A stretch of 64,000 nt of DNA from an uncultured Candidatus Binatia bacterium (GCA_964524885.1 CAZGEJ010000003.1:97994-161993), one strand, 5' to 3'; counted from the first letter of the stretch, positions 29,001 to 38,901 are shown. Made by a program: numbers and translations. The notes: generated by a model not told the origin, from the sequence alone.

Positions 29001-30530
29001 ACCGGCGGCGGCAGCTTCACCGGCAACCTGACGCCGAACTACACGATCCAGTTCGACATCGCCTGCCCGGCCGGCGCTGCCTATACGCTCACCGTCAACA
29101 CCTCCTCGGGCGGTGCCTTGACCGTCAACCGCGACAACGGCGACGGCTGCGATCTGCCCTTCTTCGGCACCACCGACCAGTCGACCGCCTTCATGTCGGC
29201 CATCAGCGGCAGCAATAGCGGCGGGACACTGCAAAGCGCCGGCACGCTCAACCTCGACGCACCGGGTTCGCTGGTCTCCAGTAACGACAGCAACACCGCC
29301 TTCAGCGACAGCAACAGCGCCGTCATCACCGGCGTCGGCACCGGCGCCCCGGTCGCCCACTCGCTCACCTTCAACTGGTCGACCTCCTGCGTCAGCAGCG
29401 GCAATAGCCTCGACACCGGAGCCGAGTGCAGCGTCCGCTTCGGACGTGACTCCGACCTCGAGCCGAACGGCATCTCCGGCTGCATGACGGCCGACGACTA
29501 CCCCGGCGTCGGCAGCCGCTCGACCGCCAGCGACGGCCATATCGTCAGCTTGTCGGCAAGCTGCGGCGCCACGCCCACGCCGACGATCACCCACACCCCG
29601 ACGATCACGCCGACGCCGACGGTCACGCCGACCAACACGCCGACGATCACCCCCGGTGGCCCAACCCTGACACCGACACCGTTGGCCACCGCCACAGCGA
29701 CGGCCACGGCGACCGCCGAACCGCTGGGCACTCTCAACTTCAGCGTCGTCACCGGCCCCGGCGGCAGCGATACCGCCCCCGGCTGCCCAGGTGAGCCTTC
29801 CAACGGCTCGCTCCTCAAGACCCAGGGCAATCCGACCGGCGGCATCCCGGGCACCATCTGCAACGGCACCAAGGGCGACTTCTACATGCTCGGCGGACCC
29901 ATGCAGCTGAGCGGCGGCTCCCCCGACGCCAACGGCATCGCCGATCTCAGCATCGTCGCCCCCGTCGTCGTCGGCGCCAGCCTCCCCGGCTCGACCCCCA
30001 ATTGCAGCAACTGCGACGCTTGCTGGCGCATCGAACAGGATGCCACCGTCGGCTTCGTCGACTGCGACGGCGGCTCCAACGCCAGCGTCTCGGTGACCAT
30101 CGACAGCAACGGCTCCAGTGCCCCGCCCGCCCCCGCCAATGGTCCGTACCTCCTCGGCAGCGGCAATACCGGCAGCGGCGCCGCCGTGCTGAATGCGATC
30201 ATCAAGCGCAAAACCGTCACCGGTTCGTGCCCCGGACCGTCCGACTCGTCCTGGAACTCGCCCGACAGCACCGTGTCGGCGTACCTGGTCACCGGCAGCG
30301 CCACCTCGACGATCGACGACCGCCGCCAGTGCAGCGGCAGCACCTTCGGCACGGCCTGTCCCTCGAACAACCCGTATACGGTGACGCTCAGCGGCACTAA
30401 CCTGAACTGCAACACCTGGGCCGAGAACACCGGTGCACGCTTCGTCGTGCCGTTCCAGAATCTCGACCAGGTCATCGGCGGCAGCTTCGGCAACGGCGAC
30501 ATCGCCCAAGTCCTGCGCCTGAACGACTGA
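26028..30530 (+). CDS. Giant secreted modular protein, 1501 aa, with Thr/Pro-rich linkers and three homologous modules (scaffoldin-like architecture)
   Basis: Signal peptide ([28 protein letters not shown]). Four (TP)n linkers, up to about 75 aa ([23 protein letters not shown]...). Three homologous modules carry the conserved core [VI]C..[IL]...[GW][WF][VI]DC[ND]GG[ST]N[AG][SD][VA]SL[SAT][IV]DSN. They are separated by a distinct Ser/Thr/Asn-rich module. Cys-rich N-terminal domain. Confidence 0.7.
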   Translation: MLLNRLRLGLLATCVAISWTALAEAQTLTKGDESCRSTLAKSVLKLTRTSLREQAQCHRLRMLAALPSSVECNDFDSLPENSRDKIEGVVAKLRSKAARGCRAASLPAGNGYTTCPAPCDGIAVTNYDGVGSCLACLVRDRVDATGVIIYGTPPTPGTETDEQSCQNSLAAALETHFKGRFGEQIRCQKKQDKGKLAAGIDCKTYDPKGKLARKREQGEAQVDRCVLDSIVAQLDSCASTLPGERACLGDAVEEYSDTLFDYVFPPEPTPTPTPSPTPAPLDCRDGNECVLMEVQPGPSELGPTDDGRSSWYKITNIVAFLGFNANNGSKGNFEVGPLILEKGLSLDGDGRTSLVLAEPAILGASFPAASGRPGRVCFEITQVSGQPGWVDCNGGSNADVSLSIDSNGTAAASPSSILVASGASDSGPGAALLHVDIRISATTNAIDPCSAANFTNAPVVRTALTTATAVSSVSETRQNVESPTFHPNATVDVTLTGQPLDCANFGPGMRSSFVAPVYELDTTPGVVAGRFDLADVLRLDMIAANTEPGAPTSTPTETPTEPAPTPTPTPAAPTPTPEPVLCPPGLTCAAFDILPGSGALLPVDDGVSTWLRIFDFTGGSLFANATNGAFGPGPVIFGLGATDGNGIAPLRLVGTTYLGANFVSAAQDLGQQGTICVKLEPDPVNEGWIDCDGGTNGSASLAVDSNLSNPPPPNPVPLLDVPAAADGGAAAGTGVARILASFVVAPANDAACNTLDYSSSPVIATALTTGQATSLVTNDVIDGNGPASAGVNQTSLSGSPFSCAAWGDPNGASASVVAPLFALDFVAPVLNLTVDVSQAFRLQLDPVNLPTGDETPTPTRTDTPTTTPTETPTRTPTRTVTPTRTPTFTPTDTPTVTPTATPTETPTETATPTITPTPTNTATPTATFTPFGPPVRNVTIIDNTSQLERGTQALGNCFRRGQTSSSVLSSTGTSFSTQFRSNVTTDCEAVPTGGGSFTGNLTPNYTIQFDIACPAGAAYTLTVNTSSGGALTVNRDNGDGCDLPFFGTTDQSTAFMSAISGSNSGGTLQSAGTLNLDAPGSLVSSNDSNTAFSDSNSAVITGVGTGAPVAHSLTFNWSTSCVSSGNSLDTGAECSVRFGRDSDLEPNGISGCMTADDYPGVGSRSTASDGHIVSLSASCGATPTPTITHTPTITPTPTVTPTNTPTITPGGPTLTPTPLATATATATATAEPLGTLNFSVVTGPGGSDTAPGCPGEPSNGSLLKTQGNPTGGIPGTICNGTKGDFYMLGGPMQLSGGSPDANGIADLSIVAPVVVGASLPGSTPNCSNCDACWRIEQDATVGFVDCDGGSNASVSVTIDSNGSSAPPAPANGPYLLGSGNTGSGAAVLNAIIKRKTVTGSCPGPSDSSWNSPDSTVSAYLVTGSATSTIDDRRQCSGSTFGTACPSNNPYTVTLSGTNLNCNTWAENTGARFVVPFQNLDQVIGGSFGNGDIAQVLRLND

Positions 30531-30639
30531 TCTCCGGCCAAGCCTTCGCTACCCAGCGGCCACCGTCAACGACCGTGGCCGCTGGGTGGCGGGGCCCGTG
30601 CGCGTTGACTCGCGCCTCTCGCCGCCACTACAGAGCGGT

Positions 30640-31827
30640 ATGGCCAGCCACAGCTCGAATCGCCAACGCCTGTTCGCCCCCGCCCGCCTCGGGCCGGTCG
30701 AGCTGCGCAACCGTTTCGTCAAGTGCGCCACCTACGAGACGCGCGGCAAAACGGGCCTCGTGACCGACGACCTCATCGCCTGGCATCGCCAATTCGCCCG
30801 CGGCGGCGTCGGCATGACCACCCTCGCCTATTGCGCCGTCGCCGACGACGGCAAGACCTTCCCCGACCAGATCAGCGTCAAGCCCGCAGCCGTTCCCGGC
30901 CTGCGACGCTTCACCGACGCCATCCACGCCGAAGGCGCGGCCGCAGCGATTCAGCTCGGGCATGCCGGTTGGTTCGCCGACCCGTCGGCCACCGGCACCC
31001 GCCCTCTCGGGCCGAGCGCCATGTTCGCGCCCAAGGGCATGACCTGGTCGCGTGCCCTGACGTCGAGCGATCTGGCGCGCCTCACCGACGACTTCGCGCG
31101 CGCCGCGCAGCTCGCCGTCGATGCCGGCTTCGACGCCCTCGAAGTCCACGTCGGCCACGGCTACCTGCTCAGCCAGTTTCTCAGCCCCTACAACAACCGG
31201 CGCCAAGACGAGTTCGGCGGCAGCATCGAAAACCGCGCCCGCTTCCCGCGCCAAGTCGTGCAGGCGGTGCGCCAAGCCGTCGGCAAGCGCGCCGCGGTCT
31301 ACATCAAGCTCAACATGGAGGACGGCTTTCGCGGCGGCCTGACGCGGGACGACGGACTGGAGGTGGCGCGTCTGTTCGAGGCCGACGCCTGCCTCGACGC
31401 GATCCAGCTCACCGGCGGTCACACGACGAAAACACCGATGTTCCTGATGCGCGGCGAGACACCGACGCGCGAATTGGTGCAGATCCAACCGACGCGACTG
31501 AAGCGCTGGATCATGGGTTTCGTCCTGCCCAGGGTGATCCGCAGCTATCGCTTCGAGGAGGCCTTCTTCGAGCCGACCGCGCGCCAGTTCCGCGCCGCCG
31601 TCGGCTTACCCTTGATGCTCCTCGGTGGCGTGACGCAGCTCGCCTCGATGGAACGTGCCATGGATGCCGGCTTCGACTTCATCGCCATGGGGCGCGCCCT
31701 GATCCGCAACCCCGATCTGGTGCGCCGCATGGAAGCCGGCAACCTCGCCGGTAGCACCTGCGTGCCGTGCAACCAGTGCATGGCCTACGTCGGCATCCGC
31801 CCGACCGTGTGCTACCGCGCGCACTGA
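30640..31827 (+). CDS. NADH:flavin oxidoreductase (Old Yellow Enzyme family)
   Basis: HGAHGYLLSQFLSP-type motif (HVGHGYLLSQFLSPYNNRRQDEFGGSIENR) and a TIM-barrel OYE layout. Confidence 0.85.
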   Translation: MASHSSNRQRLFAPARLGPVELRNRFVKCATYETRGKTGLVTDDLIAWHRQFARGGVGMTTLAYCAVADDGKTFPDQISVKPAAVPGLRRFTDAIHAEGAAAAIQLGHAGWFADPSATGTRPLGPSAMFAPKGMTWSRALTSSDLARLTDDFARAAQLAVDAGFDALEVHVGHGYLLSQFLSPYNNRRQDEFGGSIENRARFPRQVVQAVRQAVGKRAAVYIKLNMEDGFRGGLTRDDGLEVARLFEADACLDAIQLTGGHTTKTPMFLMRGETPTRELVQIQPTRLKRWIMGFVLPRVIRSYRFEEAFFEPTARQFRAAVGLPLMLLGGVTQLASMERAMDAGFDFIAMGRALIRNPDLVRRMEAGNLAGSTCVPCNQCMAYVGIRPTVCYRAH

Positions 31828-31832
31828 CGCGG

Positions 31833-32249
31833 CTATTGCAGGACGTGCAGTAGGTTGGCGCGCGTCGCCACACTGGACAGCGGCGTGCGATAGATGGGCA
31901 ACATCGCCAACGCGAACGCGACGACGATCGCCGCCCACACCCACACGCGCAGCCGCGCCGCGCCGAGGCGCGCCCGCCCCCACCGCACCAGGCGACGGAT
32001 GACCAAGGCCAGCAGCCCGGCGTAGAGCAACCCGGGGAGCAAGCTGAAGGCGACGATCAGCCCCGGCACCAGATCGCCCTCGGCCCACCACACCGCCGCG
32101 GTGGCGCCGCCCAGAGCCCCCATGCGCAGCACCGGGGCGAACTCCCACTCGAAGACGAAATAAGGCAACGGAACGGTGAGCAACGCCGTCAGCCACAGGG
32201 CAAAGGTCAAGGCACGCCCTCCCGCGGATGCGTCGCGCGCCGTCATCAT
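31833..32249 (-). CDS. Small integral membrane protein (about 138 aa), translationally coupled to the upstream DUF3604 gene
   Basis: Four hydrophobic segments (ALTFALWLTALLTVPLPYFVF; LIVAFSLLPGLLYAGLLALVI; WVWAAIVVAFALAML). Its ATG overlaps the stop of the preceding gene (ATGA) at 32246-32249. Confidence 0.5.
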   Translation of the reverse strand: MMTARDASAGGRALTFALWLTALLTVPLPYFVFEWEFAPVLRMGALGGATAAVWWAEGDLVPGLIVAFSLLPGLLYAGLLALVIRRLVRWGRARLGAARLRVWVWAAIVVAFALAMLPIYRTPLSSVATRANLLHVLQ

Positions 32250-34168
32250 GGTTGCCCCCCCGAGCCCCGCGGCGCCTGCCACCAGATCGGCGAGGTCCAC
32301 GCCCGCTCCTGGATCACCCGCGGGTAACGCGGGTCGCAGCAGGCGGCGAAGTCGTCGGCAATGGTTTCCGGACGGTCGCAGTCGACCCCGGCCGCGTTGC
32401 ACAAATAGGTGCTCCACCGGCACGACGGGTTCTCGACGACGCGGGCATAATAGAATGCGGGCTGTGCCGAATCGAAGCTCGGATCGCGCCACACCCGACA
32501 TAGCCGGTCGAAGCCGCCGCCGCGCGCTTCGCAGGTGCGTGGATCCACCGACGCGCCGTTGTCCGGATCGCCGGCCACCTCGAACACGCGCTCGTGGGTC
32601 GCGCCGCCGGCATCGACCCAGCCCTTGACGATTTGCACGCGCTGCAGCGGCATCCCGGGACCGTCGGTACCGCCGAGATCGCGCAAAGCCGAGACCAGGA
32701 ACGTGGGGGCCGCGGCGGTGGCCGGCGGCAGCACGCCGCCCATCGGCACGCCGCCGGCATAGCCCTTTTCGATCCAGGCGGGATCGTCGCACAGCGCATC
32801 GGGATACTCCCAGCCGCCGAAGAAGCGCACCACCAGGCGTGGCCCACTGGTGCCGTACGCCTCGCGCCGACGCATGGCGGCGAACAACGCCGGGCGCGAG
32901 TTTTCCTCGGCCCACAGTACGGCCAAGCCGCCGGCGTTGAACTCGATGTCGTCGGGAAGGCCGCGCGGCAATTCTCCCGGCGCGCCGGTGCCCGCACCGC
33001 CGTGGCCGAGATGCGCCGCCTCACGCACGTAGCCACTGGTGCCGAGATGCGTGTCCGTGCTGGCGATCAGACCGAAGGCGAACGGATTGACGCCCACCTC
33101 GCGTTCGAGACGCAGTCCTTCCTTGAGCACGTTGCGAACGAAGCCGATCGCCGGCGGCGCCTCGGCGAGCAAGCCGACGAACTTCCCCTGAAAGTTGTCG
33201 TAGGGCAGCTTCTCGAAACCGCAGAGTTCGTCTTCCGTCTCCGGACCGAGGCGACATTCCGAATCGCCCTTGTGTTGCATCACCTCGACCAGCGGCTCGT
33301 TGGTGATACGTTCGGCAGCCGTCGCCGCCGTCAACGGGCGACCGGCCGCATCGACGCTTTCGAACATGATGCCGCCGCTGAGATTGCTGTTGTGCGGGAT
33401 GCTGACGAAATCACAACCGGCGATGGCATCGTTGCAGGTGGCGCGCAAGCGTCGCCACAGCCCCTCCGGCGTCGGCTCGTCCATGTAGCTCACCGGCAAC
33501 TCGGGCACGGCGGCGTCATTGAATAGGATGTTGCGGTGGATGTTGTTGGTGTCCGGTCCGCCGGTCCATTCGTAGCCGACGAACGAAGTGAAGCGGCACG
33601 CTTCGCTGCGATCGTAGGCGTCCTCGGCGGCTTCGCGCACCTCGCGCCAGGGCGTCCGCGCCGCAGCGAGACAATCCCGTCCTTCCGGCCCGCAAAACGA
33701 GAAGCGTTCCGGCTGGCGCGAGCGCGTCGAACGCGCATTCATGAAGAAGAACGCCAGCCGCGGCCACCAGCGATAGACCCGACAGGTCGCCGAGTCGTAG
33801 CCCGGGCTGCCCGGCGTGCGGCAGAGTTCCAGTTCGCCGAAGAGTTCGGCGTGGTCGGTGACCGCGGCGAAATCGAGAGGGCGATCGAGACGGACGCTGC
33901 GTCGCGGCGTGCCGTCGGCCGCATACGGTTGCAGGCCGATCGTCTCGCCCCGCGCGAACCGGTAGGCGTCGCGCGGCAAATTGCGCGTCCCCTGGGTATT
34001 GGCATCGAGCGAGAGGGCGGTGTGCACGTGCAGGTCGCCGAAGAACGGACGTCGCAGAGCCGTGTGCTCGCGGCACGGAGCGCGCTCCTCGGCGTGCGCC
34101 GACGCGGCGAGGACGAGTGCCGCGAGGGTCGCGCCGAGATGCAGCCGACGGCGAAACGTACGATTCAC
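32246..34168 (-). CDS. Secreted DUF3604-family protein (PHP-like metal-dependent hydrolase-like)
   Basis: Signal peptide (MNRTFRRRLHLGATLAALVLAASAHA), then the GDLHVHTALSLD motif that I recall as the hallmark of DUF3604. About 640 aa. Confidence 0.65.
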   Translation of the reverse strand: MNRTFRRRLHLGATLAALVLAASAHAEERAPCREHTALRRPFFGDLHVHTALSLDANTQGTRNLPRDAYRFARGETIGLQPYAADGTPRRSVRLDRPLDFAAVTDHAELFGELELCRTPGSPGYDSATCRVYRWWPRLAFFFMNARSTRSRQPERFSFCGPEGRDCLAAARTPWREVREAAEDAYDRSEACRFTSFVGYEWTGGPDTNNIHRNILFNDAAVPELPVSYMDEPTPEGLWRRLRATCNDAIAGCDFVSIPHNSNLSGGIMFESVDAAGRPLTAATAAERITNEPLVEVMQHKGDSECRLGPETEDELCGFEKLPYDNFQGKFVGLLAEAPPAIGFVRNVLKEGLRLEREVGVNPFAFGLIASTDTHLGTSGYVREAAHLGHGGAGTGAPGELPRGLPDDIEFNAGGLAVLWAEENSRPALFAAMRRREAYGTSGPRLVVRFFGGWEYPDALCDDPAWIEKGYAGGVPMGGVLPPATAAAPTFLVSALRDLGGTDGPGMPLQRVQIVKGWVDAGGATHERVFEVAGDPDNGASVDPRTCEARGGGFDRLCRVWRDPSFDSAQPAFYYARVVENPSCRWSTYLCNAAGVDCDRPETIADDFAACCDPRYPRVIQERAWTSPIWWQAPRGSGGQP

Positions 34169-34224
34169 ACCGGCCCTTTAGCCGGTTGACCGACCGCCGC
34201 GCAAAGGCGAGGATCGCCCTCCGC

Positions 34225-35142
34225 ATGGCAACCAAGGTCGTCGCACTCGAGCACGTGACCAAGCACTTCGGCGACAAGCGTGTCGTCGACGACGTGTCGT
34301 TGGAGATCGAGGCGGGCGAGTGTTTCGGCCTGCTCGGTCCCAACGGTGCCGGCAAGACGACCACGCTGCGCATGATCTACGGGGTGACCCGACCGACCAC
34401 CGGCAGCGTGCGCGTCTTCGACCTCGACGTCGGCCAGCGAGCCCGCGAGGTGCGGGCACGTCTTGGCGTCACCTTGCAGGAGAACGTCTTCGTCGAGGCG
34501 CTGTCGCCGATCGAGAATTTGCGGGTGTTCGGGCGCTACCATCGATTGCGCGAACCGGAGCTGTCGCGGCGCGTCGACGAACTGATCGACTTCCTCGAAC
34601 TGCGTTCGCACGCGACGATGCCGGTGAAGGTGCTGTCGGGCGGCTTTCAGCGACGCTTGGCCATCGCCATGTCGCTCATGAACCGTCCGGCGCTGTTGAT
34701 TCTCGACGAGCCCACCACTGGCCTCGACCCGGCGGTGCGTTTGGCCCTTTGGGGGCGGGTGCGCGAACTGCAGCGGCAGGGGACGACCTTGCTGCTGACG
34801 ACGCATTACATGGACGAAGCCGAACGCCTGTGCGACCGCATCGCCATCCTCAGCGACGGCAAGGTCATCGACCGCGGCTCGCCGGCGGAACTGATCCGGC
34901 GCAACGTCGAACCGATGGCCGTCGAGCTGACGTGCACGGCCGCCGAGGAGCGGCAATGGCTCGGCGAGCAAGCGATCGGACGCAGTGTGCGTTCGGGCGA
35001 CCGCTTGCTCGTGTACCTGGCCGACGCCGAGCCCTTGTTGGCGCGGGTCGGACCGGAAGTCGCCGCCACCCGCAACCTCGTCGTCCGCGCCGCCAACCTG
35101 GAAGACGTCTTTCTCTCCCTGACCGGCACCCAGCTCGAATAA
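34225..35142 (+). CDS. ABC transporter ATP-binding protein (ABC-2/DrrA-NodI type)
   Basis: Walker A GPNGAGKTT, signature LSGGFQRRLAIA, Walker B LILDEPTTGLD, H-loop. Confidence 0.9.
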   Translation: MATKVVALEHVTKHFGDKRVVDDVSLEIEAGECFGLLGPNGAGKTTTLRMIYGVTRPTTGSVRVFDLDVGQRAREVRARLGVTLQENVFVEALSPIENLRVFGRYHRLREPELSRRVDELIDFLELRSHATMPVKVLSGGFQRRLAIAMSLMNRPALLILDEPTTGLDPAVRLALWGRVRELQRQGTTLLLTTHYMDEAERLCDRIAILSDGKVIDRGSPAELIRRNVEPMAVELTCTAAEERQWLGEQAIGRSVRSGDRLLVYLADAEPLLARVGPEVAATRNLVVRAANLEDVFLSLTGTQLE

Positions 35143-35159
35143 CCGACGTCATCACGCCC

Positions 35160-35921
35160 ATGTCCCTGACCCACGCCTTCGCCGTCTGGCAACGCAACGC
35201 CGCCATGTACCGCCGTACGTGGATGTGGAACCTACTGCCCAACTTCTTCGAGCCGGTGCTCTACCTGATGTCGATCGGCATCGGCGTCGGCGCCTACATC
35301 ACGCACATGCGGGGCATGGCCTACGTCGACTTCATCGCGCCCGGCCTCTTGTGCGTCGCCGCGATGAACGGCGCCAGCTTCGAGGTCACCTACAACATCT
35401 ACGTCCGCATGCATTTCGAGAAGGCCTACGACGCGATGCTGACGACGCCGATCGAGCCGGACGACGTCCTTCTCGGCGAGTCGATGTGGGCCGTGACACG
35501 CGCCTGCATCTACGGCGGCTGTTTTTTCCTCGTGCTGGCGCTCGCCGGCCTCGTGCCCGGTGCAAGCGCGTGGCTGGCGTTGGCGGTGATCCCGCTGACC
35601 GGTCTACTCTTCGCCGCGATCGGCGTCGCCTTTTCGTTGCGCGTGCCCGGCATCGACCAGTTCAGCTTCTACTTCACCTTGTTTCTCACGCCCTTGTTTC
35701 TCTTTTCCGACATCTTCTTTCCGCTCGAGGAACGACTCGCGGGGGGATGGCTCTGGGTGGCCGAGGCCCTGCCCTTACTGCACCCCGTCCGCCTGGCACG
35801 CGCGGCGTTTGCGGGGGAGTTCGGTCTGATCTTGTTGTGGGACGTGCTCTACATCGCCACGGTCACGAGCGTGCTGATGATGAGTGCGCGTCGCGCGATT
35901 CGCCGGCGTCTGACGAGCTAG
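35160..35921 (+). CDS. ABC-2 type transporter permease (NodJ/DrrB-like)
   Basis: Six predicted TM helices. Starts 18 nt after the ATPase gene. Same layout as ABC-2 exporters. Confidence 0.8.
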   Translation: MSLTHAFAVWQRNAAMYRRTWMWNLLPNFFEPVLYLMSIGIGVGAYITHMRGMAYVDFIAPGLLCVAAMNGASFEVTYNIYVRMHFEKAYDAMLTTPIEPDDVLLGESMWAVTRACIYGGCFFLVLALAGLVPGASAWLALAVIPLTGLLFAAIGVAFSLRVPGIDQFSFYFTLFLTPLFLFSDIFFPLEERLAGGWLWVAEALPLLHPVRLARAAFAGEFGLILLWDVLYIATVTSVLMMSARRAIRRRLTS

Positions 35922-36030
35922 CGGGCTGCACCCAGCGTATCTTCTCCGGGCCGCCGAAAACTTGACGCAACGGAACCGACTTTGCCCGAACGATGGAATC
36001 CAGTGCACGAGACCGGGAGTACGCGAGAGG

Positions 36031-36972
36031 ATGACCTACGCCGTTGCATTCGCCGATGTTGAGGCAGCTGCCCGACGCCTCGCGGGCAAGGTGCATCGGA
36101 CGCCGGTGCAGACCTGCGCGACGCTCGATCGACTCGCCGGCGGCCGACTCTTCTTCAAGTGCGAGCATCTGCAGAAAGTCGGCGCCTTCAAGTTTCGCGG
36201 CGCGACCAACGCGGTGCTCCAGTTGGACGACGAAGAGGCCCGGCGCGGGGTGCTGACGCACAGCTCGGGCAATCACGCGCAGGCCCTTGCCCTCGCGGCG
36301 CGCCAACGCGGCATCCCCGCGTTCATCGTCATGCCGAGCAACGCCCCGGCGGTGAAGCGGGCCGCCGTCGAGGACTACGGGGCGCGAGTCTTCGCCTGCG
36401 AGCCGACGCTCGCCGCGCGTGAGGCGGAGGCCGCACGCATCGCCGCCGACACCGGTGCCGCCTTCATCCACCCCTATGACGACGATGCCGTGATTGCCGG
36501 TCAGGGCACGGCAGCTCTCGAGCTGCTCACCGACGTGCCCGACCTGGACACGCTCATCGCGCCGGTGGGCGGCGGTGGCTTGATGGCCGGAAGCTGCATC
36601 GCCGCACACCACCTGCGACCGGCCATGCGCATCATCGGCGCCGAGCCGGCGGGCGCCGATGATGCGGCGCGCTCGTTGGCGACGGGCTCCCTCGTGCCGC
36701 AAACGAGCCCACGCACCATCGCCGACGGCTTATTGACGAGTCTCGGCACGCGCAACTGGCCGATCCTGCGCGACCACCTGGCGGCGATCGAAACCGTCGA
36801 GGAAGGAGCCATCGTCGACGCGATGCGCCTGGCTTGGCAACGAGCCAAGCTGCTCATCGAGCCGAGCGCGGCCGTCGCGGTCGCCGTCGCCCTTGCCGGG
36901 GTCGCCGCCGGACGGCGCGTCGGCGTCATCCTCAGCGGCGGCAACGTCGATCTGGCGCGCTTACCCTTCTGA
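36031..36972 (+). CDS. PLP-dependent serine/threonine dehydratase family enzyme (fold type II)
   Basis: The catalytic Lys sits in KFRGA of FKCEHLQKVGAFKFRGATNAV. Other motifs: SSGNHAQALA; the GGGG loop (APVGGGGLMAG); ILSGGN near the C-terminus. Confidence 0.85.
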   Translation: MTYAVAFADVEAAARRLAGKVHRTPVQTCATLDRLAGGRLFFKCEHLQKVGAFKFRGATNAVLQLDDEEARRGVLTHSSGNHAQALALAARQRGIPAFIVMPSNAPAVKRAAVEDYGARVFACEPTLAAREAEAARIAADTGAAFIHPYDDDAVIAGQGTAALELLTDVPDLDTLIAPVGGGGLMAGSCIAAHHLRPAMRIIGAEPAGADDAARSLATGSLVPQTSPRTIADGLLTSLGTRNWPILRDHLAAIETVEEGAIVDAMRLAWQRAKLLIEPSAAVAVAVALAGVAAGRRVGVILSGGNVDLARLPF

Positions 36973-38901
36973 CGAAGGCGCGGGAGCAGCGCCGGGAACG
37001 AAGCGCGGCAACGAGACGCGAAACGTCGAGCCGTGTCCGAGCTCACTATCGACGTCGATCGTTCCGCCAATCAATTCGAGCAGGCGGTGGACGATATGCA
37101 GCCCGAGGCCGGCGCCGCCGTAATGGGCGCCGATACTCGCATCCGCTTGGCGAAACGCGTCGAAGATGCGGCGATGGGCTTCCGGAGCGATGCCGATGCC
37201 GTCGTCTCGTACCGCGATCTCGATGCCGTCGGCGACGGTGCGAGCGATGACGACGACCTGGCAGCGTGCGAACTTGGCCGCATTCGACAGTAGGTTGTGC
37301 AGTATCACCTTGAGCTTGATCGGGTCCGACTCGATCACGCCCAGGTCCTGTGCCACCTTCCATTCGAACGCGAGCCGCGGCGAAGCATGGGCCTCCGCCG
37401 CTTCGCGCTCGACGGCCGCCAGCAACTCCGCCAGATCGACAGGCTGCAGCTCGACGTTGACCCGTCCGGATTCCAGACGGCTGAGGTCCAGCATCGCGTT
37501 GATCAAATCGAGGAGCTGCGTCGAGTTCTGCTGCAAGCGCAGGAGGGTATCCCGCTGCTCCTGGCTCAGGGGGCCGAAGTCCTCTTCGAGGAGCAGCTCG
37601 TGGTAGCCGATGATGACGTTCATCGGCGTGCGCAGTTCGTGGGAGATGGAAGCAACGAACTCGGACTTGATGCGGTTGGCGCGGTCGAGCTGACTGAACA
37701 ACTCGGCGTTCACCAGCGCCAACGAAGCCAACTGGGCGATCCCGGTGGCGAGCTTCACTTCGCCCGCACCGAGCGGCTCGCGCCGTCCGCGAAAGCCGCT
37801 CGCCAACACGCCGACGATCCGCCCGTCGCGATGCACCGGCGCGAACAGCGTCAGCGTCACGCCGTACGGAATTTGCAGTTCGAGGGGCAACAGACCAGGG
37901 TCCACATCGACTCCGGTCTGCACGAAGCCGTCGACCTCCAATCGTTCGATCACCCGCGCCACCGTAGCCATGGGCAAGGGCAAGACGCGCACCACGGCTT
38001 GGGTTTCGCTCGGGCCGCCGACCAGCGCTGCGGCAGTGAACTGCTGTTGCTCGGCATTCCAAAGGAAGAGGTCGGCAAAGTCAGTCCGCAACTCGCGCTG
38101 CGTGACCTCGCAAAGACGTTCGACCAGTCGTGGCGTATTGAGCGCCGACACCAGGTCCTGGCCAACGCGCGCCAGCCCCTCGGCGACGCGTGCATCGCGT
38201 TCGCGTTCTTCGAGCAGCGAGCGCAGGCGCGACTCGGACTGGCGCAGGATCTGATTGGAAGCGAACAAGGAGGAGCGAGCGCGTTCGAGGATCGAGACGC
38301 CGGCGATCGACAGTGCCGCCGCCAATAGAGGGCCGACCGCCTGATGCGCTTCGAGCGGCGCGTCGAAGGCACGCAGACGCAGCGCCACCATGCTCGCGTA
38401 GATCGAAATGGTCACCGCCGCCGATGCCACTTGCATGGTTGGAGACCAGGGCAACAGCAAGGCGGTGCCGAGCATTTTGAGGGAGAGCACCAAGGCCGTG
38501 CCGGAAACGGTGGTCGACTCGGACAGAGCGAGTCGCATCGCCACGACGAGCGTCATGATGCCATCGATCGGCAAGAAGGTGACGCCGATGGCGTCGTGCC
38601 GTGTCAGCCCGAGCAACGCGAAGGCCGACATCAGGAAGACCGACAACGTACCGTAGTAGAGGGCATCGTCCGGCTGCAGGCCGTCGAAACCGACATCGGC
38701 GATGAAGTAGAGAACGAGAACAGCGAACAGCACCGCCAGTCCGCGCAAGACGGCGACGCGCAGGATCTTGTGCCGGTGGAGATCGTACTCCTGGCGCGCC
38801 GCGGCACCCGGCGCGTCCTTGCCTCCCTGCGGCATCATCCGCTCCGTGCCGTCATTCGGCGCGCGTGGGTGACCCGGCGAATCGTCCATGGCGCCCGGCA
38901 C
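36961..38901 (-). CDS. Membrane-bound sensor histidine kinase with GAF-like domain
   Basis: Six N-terminal TM helices and a central sensor domain. H-box SHELRTPMNVIIGY. N, G1 and G2 boxes present (HNLLSNAAKF; DDGIGI; GGAGLGL). Confidence 0.8.
   Translation of the reverse strand: MPGAMDDSPGHPRAPNDGTERMMPQGGKDAPGAAARQEYDLHRHKILRVAVLRGLAVLFAVLVLYFIADVGFDGLQPDDALYYGTLSVFLMSAFALLGLTRHDAIGVTFLPIDGIMTLVVAMRLALSESTTVSGTALVLSLKMLGTALLLPWSPTMQVASAAVTISIYASMVALRLRAFDAPLEAHQAVGPLLAAALSIAGVSILERARSSLFASNQILRQSESRLRSLLEERERDARVAEGLARVGQDLVSALNTPRLVERLCEVTQRELRTDFADLFLWNAEQQQFTAAALVGGPSETQAVVRVLPLPMATVARVIERLEVDGFVQTGVDVDPGLLPLELQIPYGVTLTLFAPVHRDGRIVGVLASGFRGRREPLGAGEVKLATGIAQLASLALVNAELFSQLDRANRIKSEFVASISHELRTPMNVIIGYHELLLEEDFGPLSQEQRDTLLRLQQNSTQLLDLINAMLDLSRLESGRVNVELQPVDLAELLAAVEREAAEAHASPRLAFEWKVAQDLGVIESDPIKLKVILHNLLSNAAKFARCQVVVIARTVADGIEIAVRDDGIGIAPEAHRRIFDAFRQADASIGAHYGGAGLGLHIVHRLLELIGGTIDVDSELGHGSTFRVSLPRFVPGAAPAPSSEG

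Noticed and set aside
22221-30509. Several long - strand ORFs (22221..23408, 24651..26201, 26304..28043, 28929..30509) across the secreted-protein cluster
   Set aside because: All lie antisense to + strand genes that have signal peptides, RBSs and conserved paralog structure. Their composition is Gly/Ala/Arg-rich low complexity.
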